Source: Actinomycetota bacterium
GTDB lineage: Bacteria; Actinomycetota; Acidimicrobiia; Actinomarinales; Actinomarinaceae
Direction of reading: 5' to 3'
Length of the DNA: 64,000 bases
Assembly (NCBI GenBank): GCA_014384285.1
Contig: JACNGE010000011.1
Location: forward strand, 20,617 to 84,616
Shown: piece after piece, positions 56,160-64,000 of the stretch
Position numbering within the stretch: the stretch's first letter is position 1
Layout of the letters: each line of letters opens with the position of its first letter
Notes under the pieces: model-generated
What the model was told of the DNA's origin: nothing
The model's database searches: none
Seen by the model: only the letters and a program-made list of their open reading frames with translations
Position numbers and translations under genes: made by a program

Positions 56160-57437
56160 TTAATTTTTTATATGTATTTTTAAGTCTTTTCTTGGAAAAG
56201 GAATAGGTGCAGGATTAACTATAAGTGGTTCTGTTGATGAAATCTCCTCGATGTTTGAAACTAATTTATAAATGACATTTTTAAACAAATAACTAGCAAA
56301 GAACTTCCCAAGGCAGGTGTGTGCTCCCCCAGAAAATGGGTAATAAGCTTCATTTGGTTCTTCTGTGTTTAAAAATCGCCTTGGATTGTATTTCTCAGGT
56401 TCCTGCCAGTAACGATTATCATTATGTAAAACAAGGGGACCAATAGCAACATAAGTTCCTGCCTCTAATTTATAATTATCAACAACTGTATCCCTCATAA
56501 CATATCTTACTGAGAAAGGGACAGGTGGGTACATTCTCATAGCTTCAGAAAATAAAGACTCCCCTTTAATACCATTTTTTAAGTCTGTGGTATCTGTATA
56601 AGACATCTCACTACATTCCTCTCTCAATTCTTGATAAAAAGTCTGGTCTATAGAGAGATGGTGAATAGCAGAAGTTAATGTACTTGTAGTTGTGTCATGA
56701 GCAGCGAGTAGTAAAAAAATCATGTGCTCAGCAATTTCATAATTGCTTAATCCACCTTCATGTTTATTTGTTTTAACTAATTCTGCAAACAAAGTATTTG
56801 ATTCTGTATTTACATTTTCTGCTTTATTTTCAAAATATTCAAGTAGGGACTTTCTAGCTTTAAGGCCTTTTCTTAACTTGGTAAAAGGTAATGGGATTCT
56901 TACCACAGAGGTTGCAGATTTGATTGCATCGGTAAACAACTTTTCTAGTTCCTTTTGTCTAGAGCTGTCAATTTCATCAAAGAAAAGTTCAAGGGAGATT
57001 TTAAACATTAACTCTTTTATGGTCGCATACAAGTTAAATGATTTGCTATTTTGTAGATCGTCAATCCAAGAGTCAAGCAAGGGTTGTACTATCTGTAAAT
57101 AGTTAGCTAAAGCATCTCGTCTAAAAGAGTCTTGTAGTAAACCTCTATGAAATCTATGATCATCAAAATCTCTTAACATCAAACCATTTTCAAAGGTCTT
57201 TCCTAGAGAAAATTCCCATCCATGCTTGGATGAAAAATTATCTTCTGTGTCAAGATAAATGTGTTTTGTTGCACTAGGGGTCATAAACAATGTCACTCTT
57301 TTGTGCAGAATGGAGATTTCGAAGATATCACCGTGCTTTTGTTGTAAGTTTTTAACTAATGATAAAGCATCATTATTAAATTTTATTGAGTGACCAAAAA
57401 GGAAGTTTCCTTTATCTAGTGGTGGCTTAGTCATCAT
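56160..57437 (-). CDS. cytochrome P450 (second copy, different family)
   Basis: 425 aa. Heme loop FSGGAHTCLGKFFA (FxxGxxxCxG), ExxR ..SEAMRMYPPVP.., I-helix ..LLAAHDTTTS.. Confidence 0.8.
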   Translation of the reverse strand: MMTKPPLDKGNFLFGHSIKFNNDALSLVKNLQQKHGDIFEISILHKRVTLFMTPSATKHIYLDTEDNFSSKHGWEFSLGKTFENGLMLRDFDDHRFHRGLLQDSFRRDALANYLQIVQPLLDSWIDDLQNSKSFNLYATIKELMFKISLELFFDEIDSSRQKELEKLFTDAIKSATSVVRIPLPFTKLRKGLKARKSLLEYFENKAENVNTESNTLFAELVKTNKHEGGLSNYEIAEHMIFLLLAAHDTTTSTLTSAIHHLSIDQTFYQELREECSEMSYTDTTDLKNGIKGESLFSEAMRMYPPVPFSVRYVMRDTVVDNYKLEAGTYVAIGPLVLHNDNRYWQEPEKYNPRRFLNTEEPNEAYYPFSGGAHTCLGKFFASYLFKNVIYKLVSNIEEISSTEPLIVNPAPIPFPRKDLKIHIKN

Positions 57438-57467
57438 ATATAGATAACTGTAAATAAAAATATTTTA

Positions 57468-57622
57468 AAAAGCAAAAATCCCAGTTGATCTTGCGACCCT
57501 CCGGGATTTTCTATTCTATTTCATTTTCGGTCTTGCGACTTCTTTTTCTATAGTGTGTAATAAATGTACCTAACTATCGGCATTTTGGCAAAATTTTTTA
57601 AGGTGTTTTTTTCGCGAACTTT
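57468..57622. repeat. copy 1 of a ~150-bp direct repeat (core aaagcaaaaatcccagttgatcttgcgaccctccgggattttcta...cggtcttgcgacttctttttct.tagtgt)
   Basis: ~90% identical to 58185-58337 over the first ~105 bp, then conserved islands (tttttcgcgaa). Contains an AAAATCCCaG/CcGGGATTTT hairpin plus a T-rich tail, and an internal direct duplication tcttgcgac. Confidence 0.7.
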
Positions 57623-57645
57623 TATGCATATTATTTATATTTTTA

Positions 57646-58146
57646 TTGAATTTTGAATATTATCTACTTATGAACATAAGGTTGTTTAAAAAAAGTGATT
57701 GGAATCAGGTTAAGACAATCTACCAATTAGGAATAGATACAGGTGTAGCAACTTTTGAGACTACTCCTCCAGCAAATGTCTCACTCTGGTTAGCAAAAAT
57801 AAATCCTAAATTGACTTTTGTTTTAGGGGAGGGAGATGAACTACATGGATGGATAACATTAAGTAAAATATCTTCGCGGTGTGTCTACGAAGGGGTAGGG
57901 GAAATCTCAATTTATGTTCACCCACATTACCAAAAAAGGCATGTAGGCAAACTGCTTTATCGACATCTAGAAACAGAGGCTAAAAACTGTGGGTACTGGA
58001 CCTTACAAGCACAACTCTTTACAGAGAATCTTGCCTCGAAAGAATTTTTTGAAAAACAGGGTTTTAGACAAGTTGGAACAAGAAAGCGAATAGGGCAGTT
58101 GGAAAATCGTTGGATTGATAATTACCTCTATGAAAAAAGTTTATAA
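57646..58146 (+). CDS. GNAT family N-acetyltransferase
   Basis: 166 aa. ..EISIYVHPHYQKRHVGKLLYRHLE.. (motif A Q/RxxGxG/A-like acetyl-CoA loop) and overall GNAT size and topology. Confidence 0.7.
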   Translation: MNFEYYLLMNIRLFKKSDWNQVKTIYQLGIDTGVATFETTPPANVSLWLAKINPKLTFVLGEGDELHGWITLSKISSRCVYEGVGEISIYVHPHYQKRHVGKLLYRHLETEAKNCGYWTLQAQLFTENLASKEFFEKQGFRQVGTRKRIGQLENRWIDNYLYEKSL

Positions 58147-58184
58147 ATTAGAAATAAATTCTTTTAAGTTGTAATTAACATTAC

Positions 58185-58337
58185 AAAGCAAAAATCCCAG
58201 TTGATCTTGCGACCCTCCGGGATTTTCTACACTATTTCTTTTTCGGTCTTGCGACTTCTTTTTCTTTAGTGTCTTATAAATATACGTTAGTTTTTACTCT
58301 TACGCAAGATATTTACTAATCTATTTTTCGCGAAGTT
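58185..58337. repeat. copy 2 of the ~150-bp direct repeat, located between the convergent GNAT gene and the 58423-58908 gene
   Basis: See copy 1. In this position the hairpin plus T-run could serve as the GNAT terminator on the + strand. Confidence 0.7.
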
Positions 58338-58422
58338 TGAGAGCTTTTTGCAGCTTGGATAACTGCGCATTTAACAACAACAAAGATGGATTAAACATGG
58401 TGAGAAAATCTTTTATCTATTT

Positions 58423-58908
58423 TTAAGTTACATTTCCAGAATTTAGGTCATCAATAAAGCTCTGCAACTCATCGGTGTCCGTATTTTCTATCAAGACAGA
58501 GTAGGTCTCTTTATCAAAGATAAGCTTTAGATATTCCTCCTCTAAAATGACTTTTCGTAAATCTTGAATATCTTCGACAACAGTTAATAACTTTTCTGAT
58601 GTTCTCATTGCTATTTTGTATTCTGAGACTTCAAGTATTGGTTGAAACATGCTTTGTACAGCAGTAAATAATTGGAAGCCACCAACAATTAGAATGAGGT
58701 AGTATAAAACCTCCTCTCTGGGGTTAGAGCCAAACTCATTTAAGGTAATGTAGTTTTTTAAAAACTCTCTAAACGGCCCATTAAAAATGTTATCAATAGA
58801 AACATAGGAGAGGAAAAAACCTGTAAGAAGGATTGGGGTCATTTTTTGTTGTGTTCTATAAAGTGTTCTTTGCATAATTTTATTTCTTTTCTTATCAGAA
58901 TAACTCAA
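58423..58908 (-). CDS. hypothetical membrane protein
   Basis: 161 aa, two or three TM helices. No motif recognised. Confidence 0.35.
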   Translation of the reverse strand: MSYSDKKRNKIMQRTLYRTQQKMTPILLTGFFLSYVSIDNIFNGPFREFLKNYITLNEFGSNPREEVLYYLILIVGGFQLFTAVQSMFQPILEVSEYKIAMRTSEKLLTVVEDIQDLRKVILEEEYLKLIFDKETYSVLIENTDTDELQSFIDDLNSGNVT

Positions 58909-58909
58909 T

Positions 58910-59623
58910 TTGGCTATTGTTTTTGTAATGGAAATTGTACTTATTAGACATGCACAACCTCAATGGTTAGAAAATGATAAATATGTTCTCAATCCGGGCC
59001 TTACCCCAAAAGGAATTGAGCAAGCTCTGCTTTCATCAACTGTGTTTCAAAAAGAGAGTATGGATGAAATTTGGGTATCTCCTTTGAATAGAACTCAACA
59101 AACTTTAGAACCCTTTAAAGAAAGGGGTGTATCGTCAAACATACATACTTATGACTGGCTTCAGGAAATGATGGATGATGAAGAGAAAGATTTGATGAGT
59201 AAATCAGATAGCGATATTCAAGAATTTTTCTTAAAGAGGAATACAAAATCATTTGAAGAGTGGTTGGAAAGTTATCACGGAGAGTACATGAAAGCCTTTA
59301 GTGATAATATTTTTTCCAATCTTGATGAAAATTTAAAGCAGCGTGGAATTGTCAGTATTGATGAAAAATATGATCGTCTTTTCGACTTAGAAAAAAACAC
59401 ATCTGAAAAATTGATGATTATCTCCCATGCTGGGACTATGTCTGTACTAATGTCTTATTTTCTAAATATGCCTTTGTATCCCTGGACGTGGAGAAAATTT
59501 CTTCCAAGACACGCTGGACATACCATTTTAAAATCTACTCAGATTTCATCAGGTCATTTTTTCCGATTAAAAGAATTTAACAATGTTTCGTTCATGGATA
59601 GTGACGAACTTAAAACGTATTAA
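58910..59623 (+). CDS. histidine phosphatase family protein (phosphoglycerate-mutase-like)
   Basis: 237 aa. N-terminal ..IVLIRHAQPQW.. (RHG/RHA catalytic His motif) and ..MIISHAGTM.. (second conserved His). Confidence 0.65.
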   Translation: MAIVFVMEIVLIRHAQPQWLENDKYVLNPGLTPKGIEQALLSSTVFQKESMDEIWVSPLNRTQQTLEPFKERGVSSNIHTYDWLQEMMDDEEKDLMSKSDSDIQEFFLKRNTKSFEEWLESYHGEYMKAFSDNIFSNLDENLKQRGIVSIDEKYDRLFDLEKNTSEKLMIISHAGTMSVLMSYFLNMPLYPWTWRKFLPRHAGHTILKSTQISSGHFFRLKEFNNVSFMDSDELKTY

Positions 59624-59624
59624 T

Positions 59625-60608
59625 TTAGTTATTAATAATTTCCCTGGTAACAGGGCTTACTCCTAATCCACCAATCATATACCCAAAAAGCAACGGTATG
59701 GTTACCAGTCCACCAAGACCATAAAACCTCCAAACCATTTCTTGTTCAAAGTAAAAGCTGGCTGTGAACAAATAGAAAACAAAGAGTAGACCATATGAGC
59801 CTGCTATCAGAGATGTACCAATCTGCATTTTCTGTTTACTTTCTGTGATGTAGTACCAGTTGGTTATTTGCGATGCTAAATAACCAAAAACAATCCCCCA
59901 CAAAATTTTTGCTGCCATGAGTTTTAGGTCTCCAAGAACAGAGTGGAAAGAGAGATACACAAAAGATATGGTGTACATGATAAATATTTGATTTTTTGTT
60001 GGTTGAAATCTTATGATGAAAACAAAAAATATACCAGCTAACAGGGCCTGAAAAAATAATGAGCCTGCTGCAAGTTCCTCTATGCCGTACCAGAAGAATT
60101 CTCCGACATTCAAATAAGGATGTAAAAACTGTGTAATAAATGTAATTAAACTTAATGAAGCCCCAACAGTTATTACTGCAGGAGTATCTAAACTTTCTAT
60201 CTTTGGTCGTGAAGCAAATACATAGGCCAACATTAGAAATGCACCAAGAAATAACATTAAGTGTGAAGGAGACACAAGTGGCTCAACTCCCTGTTCTATA
60301 CCTAAAAAAGTATGCCAAAGTACATCTAATCCCCCACCAATTCCAAAAATAACTGCACCTAAGATTCCTACATCCACTCGGTAATCTTTTATGGAATTTT
60401 TAACATACGCTGCGGAGACTACTGAAAACGCATAACCCGAATACAAAACTGCATGCCACGGGGTAAAGAAAGACTCTATCTCTTGACTTAAATAGATGTG
60501 AGCACTGGAATCAATCCATGTACCAATAAGAAACCATGTCATTGAAAAAATTAATAGACTTCTATGGGCGGGGTTGGTTATTGGTACTGGAGCAAATTTA
60601 TCAAACAT
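59625..60608 (-). CDS. hypothetical polytopic membrane protein
   Basis: 327 aa, ~9 TM helices. No recognised family. Confidence 0.35.
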   Translation of the reverse strand: MFDKFAPVPITNPAHRSLLIFSMTWFLIGTWIDSSAHIYLSQEIESFFTPWHAVLYSGYAFSVVSAAYVKNSIKDYRVDVGILGAVIFGIGGGLDVLWHTFLGIEQGVEPLVSPSHLMLFLGAFLMLAYVFASRPKIESLDTPAVITVGASLSLITFITQFLHPYLNVGEFFWYGIEELAAGSLFFQALLAGIFFVFIIRFQPTKNQIFIMYTISFVYLSFHSVLGDLKLMAAKILWGIVFGYLASQITNWYYITESKQKMQIGTSLIAGSYGLLFVFYLFTASFYFEQEMVWRFYGLGGLVTIPLLFGYMIGGLGVSPVTREIINN

Positions 60609-60652
60609 ATATTTATTTTCTATATTATTAGATAGTAGTAGGAATACTTAAC

Positions 60653-61822
60653 ATGAAACATTTTAAAAGAACATTAACTTTACAGAACTCAATATTTCTT
60701 GGCCTAAGCTCAATGATTGGAGCAGGTTTATTTGTAAACATTGCCCCAGCAGCTGTAGTTTCCTCTTATTCATTAATATTTGGACTCTTGGTTGCCTCTG
60801 TTTTAGCATTCTCCAATGCAAGTTCATCTGCACAGCTAGCAAGGCTGTACCCTGAAACGGGTGGTACTTATTTATATGCAAGAAAGGTACTCGGAAATAA
60901 GGCCTCATTTTTAGCCGGTGCAGCATTTATCATTGGAAAAATAATAAGCTCAATCGCTATTGCTTTAACTTTTGGAAACTATTTACTTCCCTCATCACCT
61001 AGAGTCGCTGGCATAGTTGTAATTCTGATAGTCGGAATAGTAAGTTATTTTGGTGCTACTAAAACTGCATCTGTTGCAAAATGGTTTGTTTACTCTGTGT
61101 CAGGAATTCTTATATTTTATATCATCTCTCTCATCTCTACAGAAAGTTTTAACTTCACTATCCCAGTCTCAGATGGATTGTCTTTTGAGTCCTTGCTATT
61201 AAGTAGCAGTATTTGGTTTTTTGCTTTTACTGGCTACTCGCGTTTAGCTACATTTGGAGAAGAAGTTAAAAACCCAGAAACTATAATTCCAAAAGCAATT
61301 ATGACAGGTCTTGGAATCACTGTAACGTTATATCTCTTAACTACATATGCGACCTTAGGTATAGTTGATCCGTCAATAATCCAGAACTCTTTAACTCCAC
61401 TCAAGGTTGCATTTGATGTGTCGAGGTTCTCAAGTTTCTCATTCTTGATCTCTATTGCTTCAACTATTGCAACAGCATCTGTACTGCTAGCTCTTATTCC
61501 TGGAATAAGCAGAATCGTTGTTGCTATGTCTAGAGATAACTACCTACCAACCATTCTGGCTAGTATCCACAAGAAATACAATTCGGCCTATTTCGCGGAT
61601 ATATTTATTTCTTCCGTAGTTGTAATTGGCATATTGTTATTTGATGTTGTAGAGGCAATTAAGCTAAGTTCTTTCTTTATTCTCCTGTATTACTCTTTAA
61701 CCAACTATTCAGTTATAAAGCTTGAAAAGTCTAAGAGACTTTATAGTGTTTTGATAGCCTATTTTGGTCTTTTAGGTTGTATTTTGCTAGCTTTGGTGCT
61801 TCTTCTAGATTTCTTAAAATAA
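60653..61822 (+). CDS. amino acid permease (APC superfamily)
   Basis: 389 aa, 11-12 TM helices. N-terminal ..LGLSSMIGAGLFV.. is a typical APC TM1 G-rich motif. Confidence 0.7.
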   Translation: MKHFKRTLTLQNSIFLGLSSMIGAGLFVNIAPAAVVSSYSLIFGLLVASVLAFSNASSSAQLARLYPETGGTYLYARKVLGNKASFLAGAAFIIGKIISSIAIALTFGNYLLPSSPRVAGIVVILIVGIVSYFGATKTASVAKWFVYSVSGILIFYIISLISTESFNFTIPVSDGLSFESLLLSSSIWFFAFTGYSRLATFGEEVKNPETIIPKAIMTGLGITVTLYLLTTYATLGIVDPSIIQNSLTPLKVAFDVSRFSSFSFLISIASTIATASVLLALIPGISRIVVAMSRDNYLPTILASIHKKYNSAYFADIFISSVVVIGILLFDVVEAIKLSSFFILLYYSLTNYSVIKLEKSKRLYSVLIAYFGLLGCILLALVLLLDFLK

Positions 61823-61889
61823 GTTCACAATAAATAACGTTTGTGATTTAATTTTCACATAAAAACAACTCTTGTGAAAAGTTAATGTG

Positions 61890-62252
61890 TTATGCAATCA
61901 ACTTTATTATGGCTCTATTTTCGTCTGGCCCCCTCATCATCATTTTTGCCATTAATCCATATTTTTTCTTAATCGCTTCGATGCCATCCTGCTTTTCTAC
62001 TGGATCTTCAATAATTGATGCCTGTAGGTTTAAGTCCTCCGAAAGTTTTTCAGATCCAGACTGGTTTGTTTCATGAATCGTTACGTTTCCATTATTTCTT
62101 ATTCTTTTAACTTTTCCAGAAACCTTACCTGTTGTTACATACAACGCATTCCCTATCCCAACGACCCAGACAGCAGTTGATACTGGGGTGTTATCACGCC
62201 TATAGGTAATTAAGTTAATGTATTGTACGGATGAAAAATCATTTAAGGTCAT
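61890..62252 (-). CDS. pyridoxamine 5'-phosphate oxidase-like FMN/F420-binding split-barrel protein
   Basis: 120 aa. ..INLITYRRDNTPVSTAVW.. and ..GKVKRIRNNGNVTI.. match the PPOX-class/F420-dependent family pattern. Confidence 0.5.
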   Translation of the reverse strand: MTLNDFSSVQYINLITYRRDNTPVSTAVWVVGIGNALYVTTGKVSGKVKRIRNNGNVTIHETNQSGSEKLSEDLNLQASIIEDPVEKQDGIEAIKKKYGLMAKMMMRGPDENRAIIKLIA

Positions 62253-62402
62253 AAAACAACCTTAGGTTAAAAATTATTTAATAGAAGCTCTGGGAGCTGA
62301 ACCAGTCTTCTTGCCAGATAACTATCTGATAAAAGTAGGTAAAAGAGAAGGGCTCCGATAATGACTACTCTTATTAATATTCTGCTGTTCATTAATAGCT
62401 CT

Positions 62403-63476
62403 CTATTTATTTCTAAGTCCAAAAAGAGGTCTTAAAAATTTTATATTTTTTACTGCATGATAAATTGTCAGGCTTACAAAAACTATCAAGAATAAAATGA
62501 GTGGAAACTTGATAACTGGATGCAAATTCACATCAGCAAAATAGCTCATTAGTGCCATCTGAACTGGTAGGTGAACTATATAAACTGGATAAACGGTTGT
62601 TTTATAATAAGTTAATTGGGGTGAGTCTTTATTTAGATAAGTTGCTCCTAATCCAAGCATTAAAAATATAAAATTAAATGACTCAAATGCAATCAGTCGA
62701 TTATCAAGCGCACTTCCTCCTTCGAATTCATTTATAAATCTGTAAAAATAAAGGCTAAGCCCTAAAAGTAAATGCACTTTCCAATTCCTCTTGTTAGAGT
62801 CCCAGAAGGTATCTCCCTGTGAAACAAGGATGATCCCTAGAAAAAACCATATGAATCCTAAATAGAATCCGTGAGTAGTGTTGGCGTAGGATGCATAATC
62901 TGTGTTATTGAAGATATATCCTTCTAAAATTACGGGAATAGAAAAAACAAAAATACCGCCCGGTTTATTCAAGAGTTTTGAAATTATATTTTGTTTTGAA
63001 TCGTTATAAGAAATAAGATTTAATAATGGAACTAATATTAAACAGTACATCAAGATATTTTTTAGAAACCATAAGTGCGCACCATCAAAAAAGGTAATAA
63101 AGCCAAACCATAGGTATTCATTCGACCAACCTTCGTAGTAGGTAGCTGTTATTGCGAGGGAAGCTGATCCAAAAGTAAGTGCTCCGAAAACGTAAGGCAG
63201 TCCTAAGATTTTAAATCTTTCCTTCAAAATTTGAGATCTAGTTCTTTTTTGGAAAGAAAGTCTTAGTGCAATTCCAGCTATCAGGAAAACAAGGGGGATT
63301 CTCCAAGTGTTCAGTAAGCTGAGGAGAATCCATAAACTATCTGTGACTCGTTTGTTTTGAACAAATGCGATATATGGAGCAATAGAAGTAAAAGAAATTC
63401 CAAGGTGATAAAAAATAAGTAAGAACATTGCAATAGATCTCAATGCATCAATATCATATCTTCTTTGGCTAGGCAT
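62403..63476 (-). CDS. acyltransferase family 3 membrane protein (OatA/OpgC-like)
   Basis: 357 aa, ~10 TM helices. N-terminal ..RRYDIDALRSIAMFLLIFYHLGI.. is the acyltransferase_3 signature (R..D.LR..A...V...H). Confidence 0.7.
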   Translation of the reverse strand: MPSQRRYDIDALRSIAMFLLIFYHLGISFTSIAPYIAFVQNKRVTDSLWILLSLLNTWRIPLVFLIAGIALRLSFQKRTRSQILKERFKILGLPYVFGALTFGSASLAITATYYEGWSNEYLWFGFITFFDGAHLWFLKNILMYCLILVPLLNLISYNDSKQNIISKLLNKPGGIFVFSIPVILEGYIFNNTDYASYANTTHGFYLGFIWFFLGIILVSQGDTFWDSNKRNWKVHLLLGLSLYFYRFINEFEGGSALDNRLIAFESFNFIFLMLGLGATYLNKDSPQLTYYKTTVYPVYIVHLPVQMALMSYFADVNLHPVIKFPLILFLIVFVSLTIYHAVKNIKFLRPLFGLRNK

Positions 63477-63507
63477 ATAAGCGTATTCTATTGAGTTTTA
63501 TATTTTA

Positions 63508-63864
63508 CTAATCGGCATACTTTTCGGCACCGGCAAAATGGATTGATACATAATCTTCATCTCCAACAACCCAACTATCATGTGGTTTTTGTGAAACATA
63601 AAAAAGATCTCCTGCTGTAATTTCCCTCACGGGTTCACCTTCAATTGCAACTGTTGCAGTGCCTGAAATAACCATTCCTAAATGTTCCGTCTCACAAAAT
63701 TCTGTGCCTGAGAGTGGAGAGACGTCCACAGACCATTTCCACCCTTTGTAATAAGTAGCTTTACCTATCGTCATGCCGGGTAAGTTAATGACTTCGTATT
63801 TTCCTTTATCGAATTCTCTGACTTCATCAGGGTTGTCAAACCTTTTTATTATGTAATCATCCAT
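63508..63864 (-). CDS. cupin domain protein
   Basis: 118 aa. Conserved Gly/His/Glu beta-barrel motifs (..GMVISGTATVAIEGEPV..AGDLFYV..). Confidence 0.55.
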   Translation of the reverse strand: MDDYIIKRFDNPDEVREFDKGKYEVINLPGMTIGKATYYKGWKWSVDVSPLSGTEFCETEHLGMVISGTATVAIEGEPVREITAGDLFYVSQKPHDSWVVGDEDYVSIHFAGAEKYAD

Positions 63865-64000
63865 TTCTATAGTGGGGAGTCTCCTTCGTTAAAATCTCTA
63901 AATAGACTAGCTGCAAACACGGGTCCCATATATGCTAACGTCTCACCATCAAATAAATCAGATTCTGCTTCACTATCTAGTGCTGCTTGTAGTTTCTCTA

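Noticed and set aside
57468-58337. Integron attC / gene-cassette interpretation of the repeats flanking the GNAT gene
   Set aside because: attC sites are extended imperfect palindromes, with an R''-L'' 5' part pairing to an L'-R' 3' part that ends in GTTRRRY. Here the two halves of each repeat are related by a direct duplication (gatcttgcgac / ggtcttgcgac), not an inverted one. Only a short local hairpin exists. The ends differ (cctaac versus cgttag), with no conserved GTTRRRY core. No integrase is nearby.

Overview
AT-rich window (roughly one-third GC by eye), densely coding, mostly on the minus strand. Likely chromosomal DNA of a low-GC actinobacterium. Basis: the block rpsF-ssb-rpsR-rplI-dnaB (14608-17455) is the classic actinobacterial arrangement, and the SSB N-terminus (TVTIVGTITMDPELRTTNSG) closely resembles mycobacterial-type SSB. 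The AT-richness would fit a marine 'Actinomarina'-like lineage; this is inference. No rRNA, tRNA, CRISPR, transposase or integrase was recognised. Content, 5' to 3': (1) a mannitol PTS locus encoded as separate IIC, IIB and IIA genes, followed by mtlD and ptsH. (2) A nine-gene glucitol-family PTS operon: gutM-srlA-srlE'(membrane half)-srlE''(IIB half)-srlB, followed not by srlD but by a SAF-domain NAD oxidoreductase, a TPP-dependent E1 alpha/beta pair and an orphan lipoyl domain. (3) An IspD-family cytidylyltransferase, ptsI, the replication/ribosomal block, panB and msrA. (4) A ~13-kb nucleoside-salvage supercluster: two IU-type nucleoside hydrolases, ribokinase, two PNP/UDP-family phosphorylases, DMT/MFS transporters and an ECF transporter (A1, A2, T, S). 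The two phosphorylases sit inside the ECF operon, three tandem 34-bp hairpin repeats sit in the S-gene leader, and a ~48-bp element is duplicated upstream of ecfA1. (5) An accessory stretch: two cytochrome P450s, a nucleoside 2-deoxyribosyltransferase-family protein, a Cys/Met-metabolism PLP enzyme, a penicillin/AHL-acylase (Ntn, SNSWVV), ArsC/LMW-PTP, DinB-like, SDR, a HExxH lipoprotein, a truncated thymidylate-synthase-fold protein, MFS, NAD-epimerase and HSL-type esterase. (6) A CDF transporter core, aquaporin, a lysA-like decarboxylase, endonuclease IV, two large Pro-rich lipoproteins with BNR/Asp-box and NHL-like repeats, and a GNAT gene flanked by ~150-bp direct repeats. (7) Histidine phosphatase, APC permease, PPOX-like, acyltransferase-3 and cupin genes. 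Most novel-looking items: the non-canonical, permuted srl-like operon coupled to an E1/lipoyl module; the ECF-plus-phosphorylase nucleoside operon with tandem leader hairpins; the short ThyA-fold protein; and the repeat-flanked GNAT.
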